From NCBI GenBank assembly GCA_001786955.1, contig MFUM01000001.1:410-64409 (forward strand): a stretch of DNA of 64,000 nt. The letters are read 5' to 3'. This DNA is from Candidatus Nomurabacteria bacterium RIFCSPHIGHO2_12_FULL_42_19. Its GTDB lineage: Bacteria; Patescibacteriota; Minisyncoccia; Phycocordibacterales; UBA9973. The position numbers and the translations under genes were made by a program. The notes under the pieces were generated by a model. That model had not been told where the DNA came from. It saw only the letters and a program-made list of their open reading frames with translations, and ran no database searches. Each line of letters opens with the position of its first letter. Within the stretch, counting starts at the first letter, position 1. Shown in pieces: positions 18,139 through 28,000 of this stretch.

Positions 18139-19185
18139 TTATTTTACTTGGCATTTTATATTCAGTTCCGCCAAATCGGCTTGGGTCAGGGTTGAATTAT
18201 TGCCTTGATTGAACTTATACATTATCGCCTTGGCATCGTCCACGTGGTCCAGGTTCAAAGCGTGGCCAAGCTCGTGCGCAAGCACGCGCACGAGCTTGGC
18301 CCGGCTGCTGAATTCATAAATATCTATTTCCCTGTTTGACCCGTCGCTCGTATAAACTCCTTCTTCAAAAGATTCCCCGCGGGAAACGTTGACTGTGTTA
18401 TAGCTGTCCACGGACAAATTGAGCGAAGCGACCAGGCGGTTCAGCGCCACCACCAGCGCATTGATTTCATCCACCATATTGTTGATGCGCAATTGCGCCG
18501 CCTGTAATTTTTTTGACTCGGCTTCCAGCGCAAGGCGCTCGGCTTCAACTTTGTTGTATTCTTGCCGCGGAGCCCCGCCTTTTTTATTCCAAAAGCTCAC
18601 TTCTGCTTCATAAGCCTGCTGTTTGCGGTTGAAATCTGCCACCTGCATATCATAGGCATTTTTTTCCGCAGCATATTCTGCTTTTAAGGCTGTAAATTTC
18701 GCCTTGAGCATATCATATGAGGTTCTGTCGTTTTTCACGATAATACCCAGGCTTGCTAATTTGCTTGTCGCCTGTTGTCTGAAATCATAAATAAGATTGA
18801 TTTTTAAAACATCAAAAGAGGAATCGGCCGGCGTATAAATAAAAAGATTTTTGCCGAAAGGTTTTTCCCAAACGGCTTCTGCTTCGGCAAGCGCGTCTAA
18901 GAAATATTTTTGCGAAATACCAAATTTCGGGTCAAAACTGCCGAGAGCATACGGCATCGGCTCCAGGCAGGGAGTTTTTGCAAAAAATGCGCCAAGATTA
19001 TCTCGGAGCAGCAAAAACTGTTTACCAAGTGGCGCCCGATATTGATAAAGAGTTCCGAGGATAATGAGCAGAAAAAATAAATTTAAGATTTTTCGCATAC
19101 CTATGTCAATATTATACAACACCTCACCCCCAGCCCCTCTCCTTGACAAGGAGAGGGTGGCCGAAGGTCGGGTGAGGTAAATCAT
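18139..19185 (-). CDS. membrane-anchored zinc metalloprotease (matrixin/M10-like)
   Basis: C-terminal HELGHALNLDH (HExxHxxGxxH). N-terminal TM segment and a coiled-coil middle. Confidence 0.6.
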   Translation of the reverse strand: MIYLTRPSATLSLSRRGAGGEVLYNIDIGMRKILNLFFLLIILGTLYQYRAPLGKQFLLLRDNLGAFFAKTPCLEPMPYALGSFDPKFGISQKYFLDALAEAEAVWEKPFGKNLFIYTPADSSFDVLKINLIYDFRQQATSKLASLGIIVKNDRTSYDMLKAKFTALKAEYAAEKNAYDMQVADFNRKQQAYEAEVSFWNKKGGAPRQEYNKVEAERLALEAESKKLQAAQLRINNMVDEINALVVALNRLVASLNLSVDSYNTVNVSRGESFEEGVYTSDGSNREIDIYEFSSRAKLVRVLAHELGHALNLDHVDDAKAIMYKFNQGNNSTLTQADLAELNIKCQVK

Positions 19186-20177
19186 TTTTCGCTCAAAGTA
19201 TACCTGTCCAAAATGGCCTCAAAAATAAGTGGGGCGACAATGGTGGCGTCGGATTCAATCACGAACATCGGGGTGTCTTTGGTCAGCTTGTCCCAGGTTA
19301 TTTTTTCATTCGGGGTAGCGCCGGAATACGAGCCGTAAGAAGTGGTGCTGTCGGAAATCTGGCAGAAATATCCCCAAGGGCGCACGGGCTTTTTGAGGTC
19401 GTATTTGATGGAAGGCACGACGCAAATTGGAAAGTCCCCGGCAATGCCTCCGCCGATTTGGAAAAAACCGAGGCCGGAGCCATCCTGCGAAAGCTCCACA
19501 TATTTGTCATAAAGATACATCATATATTCCACGCCGGTCTTCATCACACCCGGCTTGACTTCCCCCGCCTTACAATATCCGGCAAAAATATTTCCCAAAG
19601 TGGAATCTTCCCAGCCCGGCACCACCATCGGCAAATTTTTCCTGGCCGCTTCCAAAAGCCAGCAATGCTCCGGATTTCCCTCATACTTGCCTTTCAGCTC
19701 ATCGGATAAAAGTATCTGGTAAAAATATTCATGCGGAAAAAAACGCTGACCGTTTTTTTCCGCTTCTTTCCATCTTTTCAGGATAATCGGCTCAATGACG
19801 CGGAAGGCTTCTTCTTCGGGAATGGAAGTATCGGTCACCCGGCGCTCTCCCCTGTTTAAAATTGCCTCATCGTCTTCTTTGGTAAAATACCGGTAATCCG
19901 GATAATCTTTATAGCTGTCGTGCGCCACCAGCCGAAAAATGGATTCTTCCAGGTTCGCGCCGGTGCAGGATATTGCATGAATCTTCCCTTCCTTTATCAT
20001 CGGCGCTAGCGTCACTCCAAGTTGGGCTGAAGACATGGCCCCACCCATGGCGAGAAGCATTTTCCCCCCGCCGTCCAGGTGTTTTTTGAAGGCGAGTGTC
20101 GCATCTTTCATCTGACGCGCGTTAAAATTATGAAATAGTTTTTGAAACAAACCCAAAATTGAAATTTCTTTTGACAT
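19182..20177 (-). CDS. deoxyhypusine synthase-like protein
   Basis: GGAMSSAQLG, CTGANLEESIF and the family-wide pattern. Probable start is MSKEIS, although the ORF runs to 20213. Confidence 0.75.
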   Translation of the reverse strand: MSKEISILGLFQKLFHNFNARQMKDATLAFKKHLDGGGKMLLAMGGAMSSAQLGVTLAPMIKEGKIHAISCTGANLEESIFRLVAHDSYKDYPDYRYFTKEDDEAILNRGERRVTDTSIPEEEAFRVIEPIILKRWKEAEKNGQRFFPHEYFYQILLSDELKGKYEGNPEHCWLLEAARKNLPMVVPGWEDSTLGNIFAGYCKAGEVKPGVMKTGVEYMMYLYDKYVELSQDGSGLGFFQIGGGIAGDFPICVVPSIKYDLKKPVRPWGYFCQISDSTTSYGSYSGATPNEKITWDKLTKDTPMFVIESDATIVAPLIFEAILDRYTLSEK

Positions 20178-20253
20178 ATATGTATTGTAGCAACAAATGA
20201 GGAGCAAAAACAAGTTATTTGCCTTTTTAGGGCAAATATGCGATAATCGGGCT

Positions 20254-20484
20254 ATGATTTTAGTAGCGAAGATTCTGCCCTACGCGCAGATCATCCTTTC
20301 GGTAGTGCTGGTGGCGGCAATCCTGCTTCAGCAGTCCGCGGCGGGCCTGGGAGGCGCTTTGGGCGGAGATGACAGCGGGTCATTTCATCACACCCGCCGG
20401 GGCTTTGAGAAGTTTCTTTTTTATTTGACGCTTATCTGCGGAATTCTTTTTGCTTTATTTGCATTTCTCGGTATAATTATATAA
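20254..20484 (+). CDS. secG: preprotein translocase subunit SecG
   Basis: ILLQQSAAGLGGALGG...LFYLTLICGILFALFAF matches the SecG pattern. Probable start is MILVAK. Confidence 0.65.
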   Translation: MILVAKILPYAQIILSVVLVAAILLQQSAAGLGGALGGDDSGSFHHTRRGFEKFLFYLTLICGILFALFAFLGIII

Positions 20485-20501
20485 GCCGCTTAATTTCTTT
20501 T

Positions 20502-22268
20502 ATGGGAAAATTTTATAGTTGGATACGCCAGTTAAAAATTGCTGGTAAATTGCCTACAAAAGACCAAATAAATTCTGTTATCCATACTTTCTCAAAAAAA
20601 GAGAGAATTGTTTTTGTCGCGCTGGTAGCGATACTGCTCATAAGCACGATATCAATACTTGAAAGCATTAATAAATCCCTGATGGTCAGCATGCCTTTCC
20701 GCGGGGGATTTATCTCCGAGGGCGTTATTGGAACCCCGCGCTTCATAAATCCGGTACTGGCAAATTCTTCCGCTGACCAGGACCTGGTCTCGCTCATCTA
20801 TTCCGGCCTGATGAGAAAAAAAGGAGACGGGACTTTGATTCCGGACTTGGCAGAAAAATACGAGATGTCTAAAGACGGTTTGACTTATACTTTCACCCTC
20901 AAAAGCAAGATATCTTTTCATAACGGAAAGCCTGTTACCGCGGATGATGTGATCTTTACCGTAAACAAAGCCCAGGATTCAATCATTAAAAGCCCGCGTA
21001 AGATAGACTGGGACGGTGTAAATGCCGTAAAAATAAATGACACGACAATCCAATTTACCCTGAAACAGCCTTACCCGTCATTTTTGGAAAACGCGACACT
21101 CGGCATCATACCCATGTCCTTATGGGACAATTCGCCGATAGAATTGAATAATGCGAACACGAACCCGGTCGGTTCCGGACCTTATATGATAAAAAGCATT
21201 ACCAAAGAATCGTCCGGGGCCATAAATTCTTACGAATTGGCGTCATTTAAAAAATTCATATTGGGCGAGCCGTATATTAAAACCATGAACTTGTATTTTT
21301 ATTCGAATGAAGACAATCTAGTTCGGGCGCTTGAAAACGGAGAAGTAGAGCAGATAAGCTCTATTACTCCCTTGAATGCGGATATTTTAAAAGAAAGAAA
21401 TTACCAGATAGAGTCTTCGGTGCTTCCGCGGATATTCGGGCTTTTCTTCAACCAAAATCAAAACCGCCTTTTTACCGATAAGGCCGTCATCAAGGCTATT
21501 GACCAAGTCATAGATAAGGATAAAATAGTCCGTGAAGTGCTTTTTGGCTATGGCATCGCTATTGACGATCCCATACCGCCCAACATGATTGCATACCAGA
21601 AATTAAAAGATAAAAATAATGTCTCGCGGGACGAGATATTGAAGAATGCGCAAAATAGCCTGATAAAAGCCGGCTGGGTCAAAGGGACGGATGGATTCCT
21701 GCAAAAAACTACAACCGGCAAAAATAAAAAGAAAACAACTACCACGCTGGAGTTCTCTATCTCAACCGGCAACGCTCCGGAGCTCGCAAAAACCGCCGAA
21801 TTAATCAGGCAGAACCTGCTGGCTATCGGCATGAAAGTCGACATAAAAACTTTTGAAGTCGGTAATTTGAATCAAAGCGTAATCCGTCCGCGCAAATATG
21901 ACGCCCTGCTTTTCGGACAGATTATAAATCATGAGGCCGACCTGTTCGCTTTCTGGCATTCTTCACAGAGAAAAGACCCGGGGCTCAATGTTGCCATGTA
22001 TACCAATGCGAAGGTGGACAAAATTCTGGAAGATGCATTTATTACTATTGACGAACAATCCAGAATCAAAAAATACGCCCAATTTGAAAGTGAAATTAAA
22101 AAAGACATGCCGGTCATTTTCCTGTATAGCCCTAATTTCATATATGCAGTCTCAGGCAGCCTAAAAGGGCTTTCTATTAACCGCATCATCTCTCCGGCAG
22201 ATCGTTTTTCAAATGTTTATTCGTGGTATACCGAAACAGAAAATGTTTGGAAAATATTTTCCAAATAG
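20502..22268 (+). CDS. ABC transporter substrate-binding protein, family 5 (Opp/Dpp-like)
   Basis: N-terminal TM segment and the SBP_bac_5 pattern (GTLIPDLAEKYEMSKDGLTYTFTLKSKISFHNGKPVTADDV). Confidence 0.65.
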   Translation: MGKFYSWIRQLKIAGKLPTKDQINSVIHTFSKKERIVFVALVAILLISTISILESINKSLMVSMPFRGGFISEGVIGTPRFINPVLANSSADQDLVSLIYSGLMRKKGDGTLIPDLAEKYEMSKDGLTYTFTLKSKISFHNGKPVTADDVIFTVNKAQDSIIKSPRKIDWDGVNAVKINDTTIQFTLKQPYPSFLENATLGIIPMSLWDNSPIELNNANTNPVGSGPYMIKSITKESSGAINSYELASFKKFILGEPYIKTMNLYFYSNEDNLVRALENGEVEQISSITPLNADILKERNYQIESSVLPRIFGLFFNQNQNRLFTDKAVIKAIDQVIDKDKIVREVLFGYGIAIDDPIPPNMIAYQKLKDKNNVSRDEILKNAQNSLIKAGWVKGTDGFLQKTTTGKNKKKTTTTLEFSISTGNAPELAKTAELIRQNLLAIGMKVDIKTFEVGNLNQSVIRPRKYDALLFGQIINHEADLFAFWHSSQRKDPGLNVAMYTNAKVDKILEDAFITIDEQSRIKKYAQFESEIKKDMPVIFLYSPNFIYAVSGSLKGLSINRIISPADRFSNVYSWYTETENVWKIFSK

Positions 22269-22306
22269 TTTGTTTCGACGCGGAAAATTAACAAAAAAAA
22301 TAAAAA

Positions 22307-24280
22307 ATGATGAAAAAAACAAGATTATCCTTCAGCGCAATCAGCGTTGATAATAAAAAAATACCCGCCCGCCCGGATGACTCCGGTCATTCGAGCGGGG
22401 AACGTAAGGCTCCCTTCAGCCGTAGGCCTTTGGGCGAGACTGAAAGAAAAAGGACGGCTAAAAGCTCCACTTATCAGTACACCAAGAAAAGATACGGGCA
22501 GAATCGGGGATCCCGCCCTTTCGGTTCCAAAAGCCAATATAGAAATTCAAATATTGGAAAGATTCCCCCGCCGGAAAAAGGGATAATCCGCATTATTCCT
22601 TTAGGCGGAGTGGAAGAAGTCGGTAAAAACATGACAGCTATAGAAATCGGCGATGATATTATTGTTATTGATGCCGGCATGCACTTTTCCACTGAAGCGA
22701 CGCCCGGAGTCGATTATGTCATACCTAATACGACCTATCTGGAAGAACGAAAAGACAAGGTCCGCGCGCTTATTATAACCCACGCGCACCTGGACCATAT
22801 CGGAGGTGTGCCTCTGGTTCTGTCGCGTATCGGCAATCCTCCGGTTTATTCCAGGAATCTTTCTATCTTGATGATGAGAAAGCGCCAGGCGGAATTTCCG
22901 CATCTGCCCCCGATGAAAGAAAATATCGTGGAAAAAGATTCGGTTATAAACTGCGGAAAAATAAAAGTCAGATTCTTCGGCGTCACCCACACTATCCCGG
23001 ACTCGATGGGAATAATCATGGAAACCGAACATGGGTGGATTGTGACTCCCGGGGATTACAAGCTTGACCAAGTGGACGGGATTGTTTCCAAGGAAGAAGA
23101 AAAAGAATATTCGATTTTTGACAAGGCCAAAGTTCTTCTTTTGATGACTGATTCGACCAACATTGAAAACGAAGGGTTTTCTTTACCGGAAATAAAAGTG
23201 TATCAAGGGTTGGAAAATTTGATAAGAAAAGTAAGTGGCCGGATGATTATTGCCGCTTTCGCTTCGCACATTACCCGACTGGCCTTTATAGTCAAGTTTG
23301 CGGAATCCTTAGGTAAAAAAATAGCAATCGATGGACGTTCAATGAAAACAAATATTGACGTGGCAATAGAAGCTGGGCTCTTTCAGCCTAAAAAAGGCAC
23401 AATCATACCGATAGAGGAAGCAAATAATTACCCACCGAATAAAATGGTCGTTTTGATGACCGGCGCTCAAGGCGAAGAATTTGCCGCGCTTAATCGTGCG
23501 GCCAATAAATCCAATACAAAATTTTCATTGCATAAAGGAGACACGATAATACTCTCGGCATCGATTGTTCCCGGCAATGAGCTTCAAGTCCAGAAAATGA
23601 AAGACGGCTTGACGAGACAAGGAGTTAAAATCATCAGCTATCGAACAGCCGGAGAAGATTTCGTTCACGCAACAGGCCACGGCAATCAGGAAGATATAAA
23701 GTGGCTTCACAGGAAAACTCATCCAAAATTCTTTGTCCCGATTCACGGCTGGCATTCAATGCTCGTGCGGCACAAAGAACTTGCAATGGAACTCGGCATG
23801 GCGGAAGAAAATATCGTTGTTCCCGACAACGGCTCGATTATTGAAATATCCCCGGATGGCCAAAAAATGACAGCGCGAAAAGAAAAAGCGCCCAGCGGCG
23901 CCATGATGGTAGACGGCACTTCTATCAGTGATACGCAAGATGTCGTCATCCGCGACCGGGTAATGCTTGCGCAGGACGGAATGTTCGTGATTATTGCTCT
24001 TCTGGATCAAAAAACAGGAAAATTAAAAAAGTCGCCGGATTTGATTTCCCGCGGCTTTGTCTATCTGAAAGAAAACCAGGAACTTCTGCGCCAGGTTCGG
24101 ATTATCATCAAGAAATCGGTAGAAGATACGGCAGCCAAAATACCTATTTCGCCGGGCCAAGGCGGGAATATGGTGGATTTTGACATAATCAAGTCAAATT
24201 TGGGAGAAAGCATCTCAAAATTCTTATACCAAAAAACCGCTAAAAGGCCTTTGGTAATACCGGTAATATTGAGCGTATGA
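22307..24280 (+). CDS. rnj: ribonuclease J
   Basis: Metallo-beta-lactamase ITHAHLDHIGG, a beta-CASP region and an RNase J C-terminal domain. Has an Arg-rich N-terminal extension. Confidence 0.85.
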   Translation: MMKKTRLSFSAISVDNKKIPARPDDSGHSSGERKAPFSRRPLGETERKRTAKSSTYQYTKKRYGQNRGSRPFGSKSQYRNSNIGKIPPPEKGIIRIIPLGGVEEVGKNMTAIEIGDDIIVIDAGMHFSTEATPGVDYVIPNTTYLEERKDKVRALIITHAHLDHIGGVPLVLSRIGNPPVYSRNLSILMMRKRQAEFPHLPPMKENIVEKDSVINCGKIKVRFFGVTHTIPDSMGIIMETEHGWIVTPGDYKLDQVDGIVSKEEEKEYSIFDKAKVLLLMTDSTNIENEGFSLPEIKVYQGLENLIRKVSGRMIIAAFASHITRLAFIVKFAESLGKKIAIDGRSMKTNIDVAIEAGLFQPKKGTIIPIEEANNYPPNKMVVLMTGAQGEEFAALNRAANKSNTKFSLHKGDTIILSASIVPGNELQVQKMKDGLTRQGVKIISYRTAGEDFVHATGHGNQEDIKWLHRKTHPKFFVPIHGWHSMLVRHKELAMELGMAEENIVVPDNGSIIEISPDGQKMTARKEKAPSGAMMVDGTSISDTQDVVIRDRVMLAQDGMFVIIALLDQKTGKLKKSPDLISRGFVYLKENQELLRQVRIIIKKSVEDTAAKIPISPGQGGNMVDFDIIKSNLGESISKFLYQKTAKRPLVIPVILSV

Positions 24281-25434
24281 AACACAACAGAAAAATAATA
24301 TACTCGGCGGGATTTCTGTTTTCTTTATCCGTCGCCCTGATGGCTTACATTAATTCCAGTTTCTTATCTGCTTTTGTCGGCGAAAAATTGGTGGGAGTAA
24401 TTTACGCTTCGGGGTCCGTCGTTTTAATTTTGGCATTTTTGCTGATTCCGCGAATCTTCGGCAAACTGGGCGGGTATAAATTCCTGCTTTTGATAATCGG
24501 ACTTGATATTTTATCCATTTTGGCTTTTGTTTTGGCAAAAAACGCCTGGAGCGTAATCATCGCTTTCATTTTCGGTTTCGCTTTCAATACCATAATAATC
24601 TTTTCTTTGGATGAATTTCTGGAAATCCTTTCCAAAAATTCCACAACCGGCGGAATCAGGGGCGCATATCTCACTATCACCAGTTTGGCCTGGATTTTAT
24701 CCCAGCTGATTTTGACATTCGGCAAAATCAAAGAAGGGTTTCCTTTCCGGGGTGTTTATCTTCTCGCCTTTTTTGTCATGACTTTGTTTTTTTTCCTGTC
24801 TCTTTTTACCCTAAAAAATATTTCGGACCCGCGGTATGACAAAATCAAAACAATAAAATTTGTTGGGAGATTTTTTAAAAATAAAAATTTATTCCGGATT
24901 TACGGTATAAATTTTTTACTGCAGTTTTTTTACAGCTGGATGGTCATCTACACGCCAATCTATTTATTTGCTTACCTGGATTTTGACTGGAAGCAGATAG
25001 GAATGATTTTTTCCGTGATGCTTCTGCCTTTTATTATTTTCCCGTTTCCTCTCGGCAAATATTCGGACAAGATAGGCGAAAGAAAACTGTTGATGCTTGG
25101 ATTTTTCATGACTGCATTTTTTACTTTTATTCTCTTTTTCATCCAAAAGCATGAAGTTTGGATATGGGCCCTAGTGCTTTTTGCAACTAGAGCCGGCGCC
25201 TCCACTATTGAAACAATGAGTGATGCCTATTTCTTCAAGCACATCAAACCCGAAAACGAAGAATTCGTGGGAGTATACCGGAGCGTTCCATCGATGGCTT
25301 ATATTATCGGTCCTCTTTCGGCTTCGTTGGTTTTTCTCCTGGTTCCTTCTTTTAATTTTATTTTTCTTATTCTGGGAGCCCTGATGCTTTGTGGGATTTA
25401 CCTGTCTTCCACTATCAAGAAAAGCGATATTTAA
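24277..25434 (+). CDS. MFS transporter
   Basis: About 12 TM helices with 6+6 topology. Confidence 0.55.
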   Translation: MKHNRKIIYSAGFLFSLSVALMAYINSSFLSAFVGEKLVGVIYASGSVVLILAFLLIPRIFGKLGGYKFLLLIIGLDILSILAFVLAKNAWSVIIAFIFGFAFNTIIIFSLDEFLEILSKNSTTGGIRGAYLTITSLAWILSQLILTFGKIKEGFPFRGVYLLAFFVMTLFFFLSLFTLKNISDPRYDKIKTIKFVGRFFKNKNLFRIYGINFLLQFFYSWMVIYTPIYLFAYLDFDWKQIGMIFSVMLLPFIIFPFPLGKYSDKIGERKLLMLGFFMTAFFTFILFFIQKHEVWIWALVLFATRAGASTIETMSDAYFFKHIKPENEEFVGVYRSVPSMAYIIGPLSASLVFLLVPSFNFIFLILGALMLCGIYLSSTIKKSDI

Positions 25435-26747
25435 TTATCAGGAGCGGCGGTTAAGGTCACTAAAATATTTTTTTCATCGCCACGATGGAGAATTTTCAGA
25501 TTAATTACCTGTCCGATTTTTTTCCCGCGGATAATCGAAGCCAGACTTGTCTTTTCGTCCAGCTTTATGCCGTCAACTTCCAAAATAATGTCATTTTCCA
25601 CAATGCCGGCCTTGTCGGACGGAGAGCCGGGAATAACTGCCAGCTCATTCGCCGCCGCTCCGGCTTTTACCAATACTCCGTAATCCACCGTCAAATTATT
25701 TTTTTCTTTCATTTGCGCATTGACAGCCACATAGCGGATACCCAGATATGGGCGGACAATCTTGCCGGTAGATTTTACCGATTCAATCGCCCCTTTGATG
25801 CTATTGATAGGCAGGGCAAAACCGATATTTTGAGAACTCTGCACAACGGCGACATTGACCCCAATTACTTTTCCGGAAAGATCCAGCAGCGGCCCTCCGG
25901 AATTTCCCGGATTAATCGCCGCATCGGTCTGAATCACGTGGTCCAGGATCTCAGCCCTGCCGGAATTATCACCCGCGGTTATTGACCGCGCCAGGCCGGA
26001 AATTACTCCCACGGAAACGGTATTTCTGAATTCCCCCAAAGCATTCCCGATAGCAATGACGCTCTGCCCGATTTCCAGAGAATCCGAATTGCCGAGCGCA
26101 AGGTATGGAAAGCCTCCGCCAGCCGGCGGATCTATTTTAATAAGGGCAATATCTAAAATCGGATCGCGGGCAACGACTTTTGCCGAATGTTTTTTGCCGT
26201 CGTTGGTAAAAACGGTGTATTCCGCGTCTCTTTGGTCAACAACATGCTTATTGGTGACAATCAAGCCATCGCCGGATATGAAAAAACCCGACCCTCCGCC
26301 AATTTCCTTTTTTTCCGTGCCGTTCTGGCGATATTGCGGAATGTTAAAAAAGAAACCGGGAAATAAGTCGCCGAACGGGTTCTGCTGCTGATTCGGGTCA
26401 ATATAGGCTTCATATTTGGGAACTTGCTGGGAAATAATTATAGAGACAACAGCCGGATTGGTTTTTTTCACCGCATCAATAACAAAAGAATCCTGAGAAA
26501 AAATAGACTGCTTTTCAATAATTTTTTCCGCGACAATTTTTGTGTCATTTTTATTGCCGATGTCCTGCATTTCCCGCAAATATTCTTTGGCAAAATATCC
26601 GAAGACATTTGCCCGATAACGCCATGTCAAGCCGGCTCCGGTCAAGACGATAATCAGGACGGAAAGCAGGCTGGTAAAAAAAACAGGGGCAAAATCTTTA
26701 CTCGTAAAAACTTTTTTAATGAATTTTATGATATTTGTTTCTTGCAT
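25431..26747 (-). CDS. htrA: HtrA/DegP serine protease with PDZ domain
   Basis: GNSGGPLLD active-site serine motif, a trypsin-like fold and a C-terminal PDZ domain. Confidence 0.85.
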   Translation of the reverse strand: MQETNIIKFIKKVFTSKDFAPVFFTSLLSVLIIVLTGAGLTWRYRANVFGYFAKEYLREMQDIGNKNDTKIVAEKIIEKQSIFSQDSFVIDAVKKTNPAVVSIIISQQVPKYEAYIDPNQQQNPFGDLFPGFFFNIPQYRQNGTEKKEIGGGSGFFISGDGLIVTNKHVVDQRDAEYTVFTNDGKKHSAKVVARDPILDIALIKIDPPAGGGFPYLALGNSDSLEIGQSVIAIGNALGEFRNTVSVGVISGLARSITAGDNSGRAEILDHVIQTDAAINPGNSGGPLLDLSGKVIGVNVAVVQSSQNIGFALPINSIKGAIESVKSTGKIVRPYLGIRYVAVNAQMKEKNNLTVDYGVLVKAGAAANELAVIPGSPSDKAGIVENDIILEVDGIKLDEKTSLASIIRGKKIGQVINLKILHRGDEKNILVTLTAAPDN

Positions 26748-26792
26748 ATTATTTTAAAATTAATTAAAAAATTGATAATAATTTCATTATAT

Positions 26793-27248
26793 TCATCTCC
26801 CTGTTTTTAGCAAGTGGTTTTTGTAAATTTCCTCTTTAAAAGGCTTTAAGCGTCTGATTTTAACCAGAATACCTTCGTTTTTTAAGTCCTTTTTAAGATT
26901 TTTTATATATGCTTTTTGATCATAACCAAGGGCAATAATATCCGGACGTATTTTTACAATATGCGGAATATGATTTTTTATACCCGACAAAACCACTTTA
27001 TCAGCCAATTTGCATTTCTTTACCAAAACCATTCTTTGCTTTTCATTCTTATTCGGATATTTCCCTTTTATCTTAAAAACATTTTTGTCCCGTGCGATTG
27101 AAACAACCAGGAAACACCGTCCCGCCAAATTTCTTGCCTGCTTTAAAAAATCAAGATGCCCTTGATGCAGGCCGTCAAAAGTCCCAAAAACCATTATTTT
27201 TGTTCGTCTCCGGAGGATTATTTTTTTATCCACACCTTTCTTTGACAT
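26793..27248 (-). CDS. cytidylyltransferase-like nucleotidyltransferase (HxGH motif)
   Basis: MVFGTFDGLHQGHLDFL, a (T/H)xGH nucleotidyltransferase signature. Confidence 0.6.
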   Translation of the reverse strand: MSKKGVDKKIILRRRTKIMVFGTFDGLHQGHLDFLKQARNLAGRCFLVVSIARDKNVFKIKGKYPNKNEKQRMVLVKKCKLADKVVLSGIKNHIPHIVKIRPDIIALGYDQKAYIKNLKKDLKNEGILVKIRRLKPFKEEIYKNHLLKTGR

Positions 27249-27334
27249 AATATATGAAACAAGTATATACTAAAATTGTTCATTTAAAAATCAAAAGAAG
27301 TGATTGGGGAAACTGGTTAGATTCCAGTACAGTG

Positions 27335-27470
27335 CCGCTACGGTAAGTCCAGCCCCACTTTTACAGAATAATTTTTTATTTAAACTTATATTAGGTTTAG
27401 ATAAATCTTGAAAATAAAAAATTGTCTGAAAGACAATTTTTTCAGGAAGTTGTTTTGTAAAAGTGGAGCT
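27335..27470. repeat. inverted-repeat-bounded AT-rich element with embedded hairpin plus T-tract (ncRNA or MITE-like)
   Basis: ggtaagtccagccccacttttaca and tgtaaaagtggagctggaacaagtcc form imperfect roughly 28-bp inverted arms. Inner pairing aattttttattt/aaataaaaaatt and a terminator-like ttgtctgaaagacaatttttt. Confidence 0.4.
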
Positions 27471-27535
27471 GGAACAAGTCCGAATACCAATCATTTTATT
27501 ATTCCCGAGCAGGATAATCTCTCACATGCGCGCAT

Positions 27536-28000
27536 GTGAAGGACCAAAAATTCTGCCTCGACAGGATTTTTTTTGTGCCAAATTTCATGAAAAATAAAAA
27601 AATAATAATTGTGATATTGATATTGAGCTTTTTTGCGTTAATTAGTGTAAAAGTCTTTCAAAAACAAAAACCAGTATCCCCTCCTTTCTCCTCCCCCTAT
27701 GTAGGGGGAGATCGGGTAGGGGTAAAAACAAATGAAGTTAGTTTTAAAGACAATATTACGGGCGAAATTACAGTTTATGATTTCATGAGCAAGCTCCGGA
27801 GTGAAAGAAAAATAGATTTCACGGAAAAAAATTATATAGGGATGGGAAAATTTATTGAAACAATCAACGGGATAAGAGGCAACGGAGAGAAAAATTGGAT
27901 TTATTACGTAAATGGGGAAAAAGCAAAAATAGGGGTTTCAAATTATAAGATAAATATGGGAGACATTGTCTCTTGGAAATATGAAAAATCAAATTTTTAA
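27536..28000 (+). CDS. DUF4430 (transcobalamin beta-domain-like) protein
   Basis: C-terminal NWIYYVNGEKAKIGVSNYKINMGDIVSWKYE matches the DUF4430 signature. N-terminal TM segment. Probable start is MKNKKII. Confidence 0.5.
   Translation: MKDQKFCLDRIFFVPNFMKNKKIIIVILILSFFALISVKVFQKQKPVSPPFSSPYVGGDRVGVKTNEVSFKDNITGEITVYDFMSKLRSERKIDFTEKNYIGMGKFIETINGIRGNGEKNWIYYVNGEKAKIGVSNYKINMGDIVSWKYEKSNF

Noticed and set aside
27291-27494. 67-aa ORF on the minus strand
   Set aside because: It lies across the inverted-repeat and terminator cassette, has no ribosome-binding site, and its composition is AT-tract driven. Most likely a spurious ORF.
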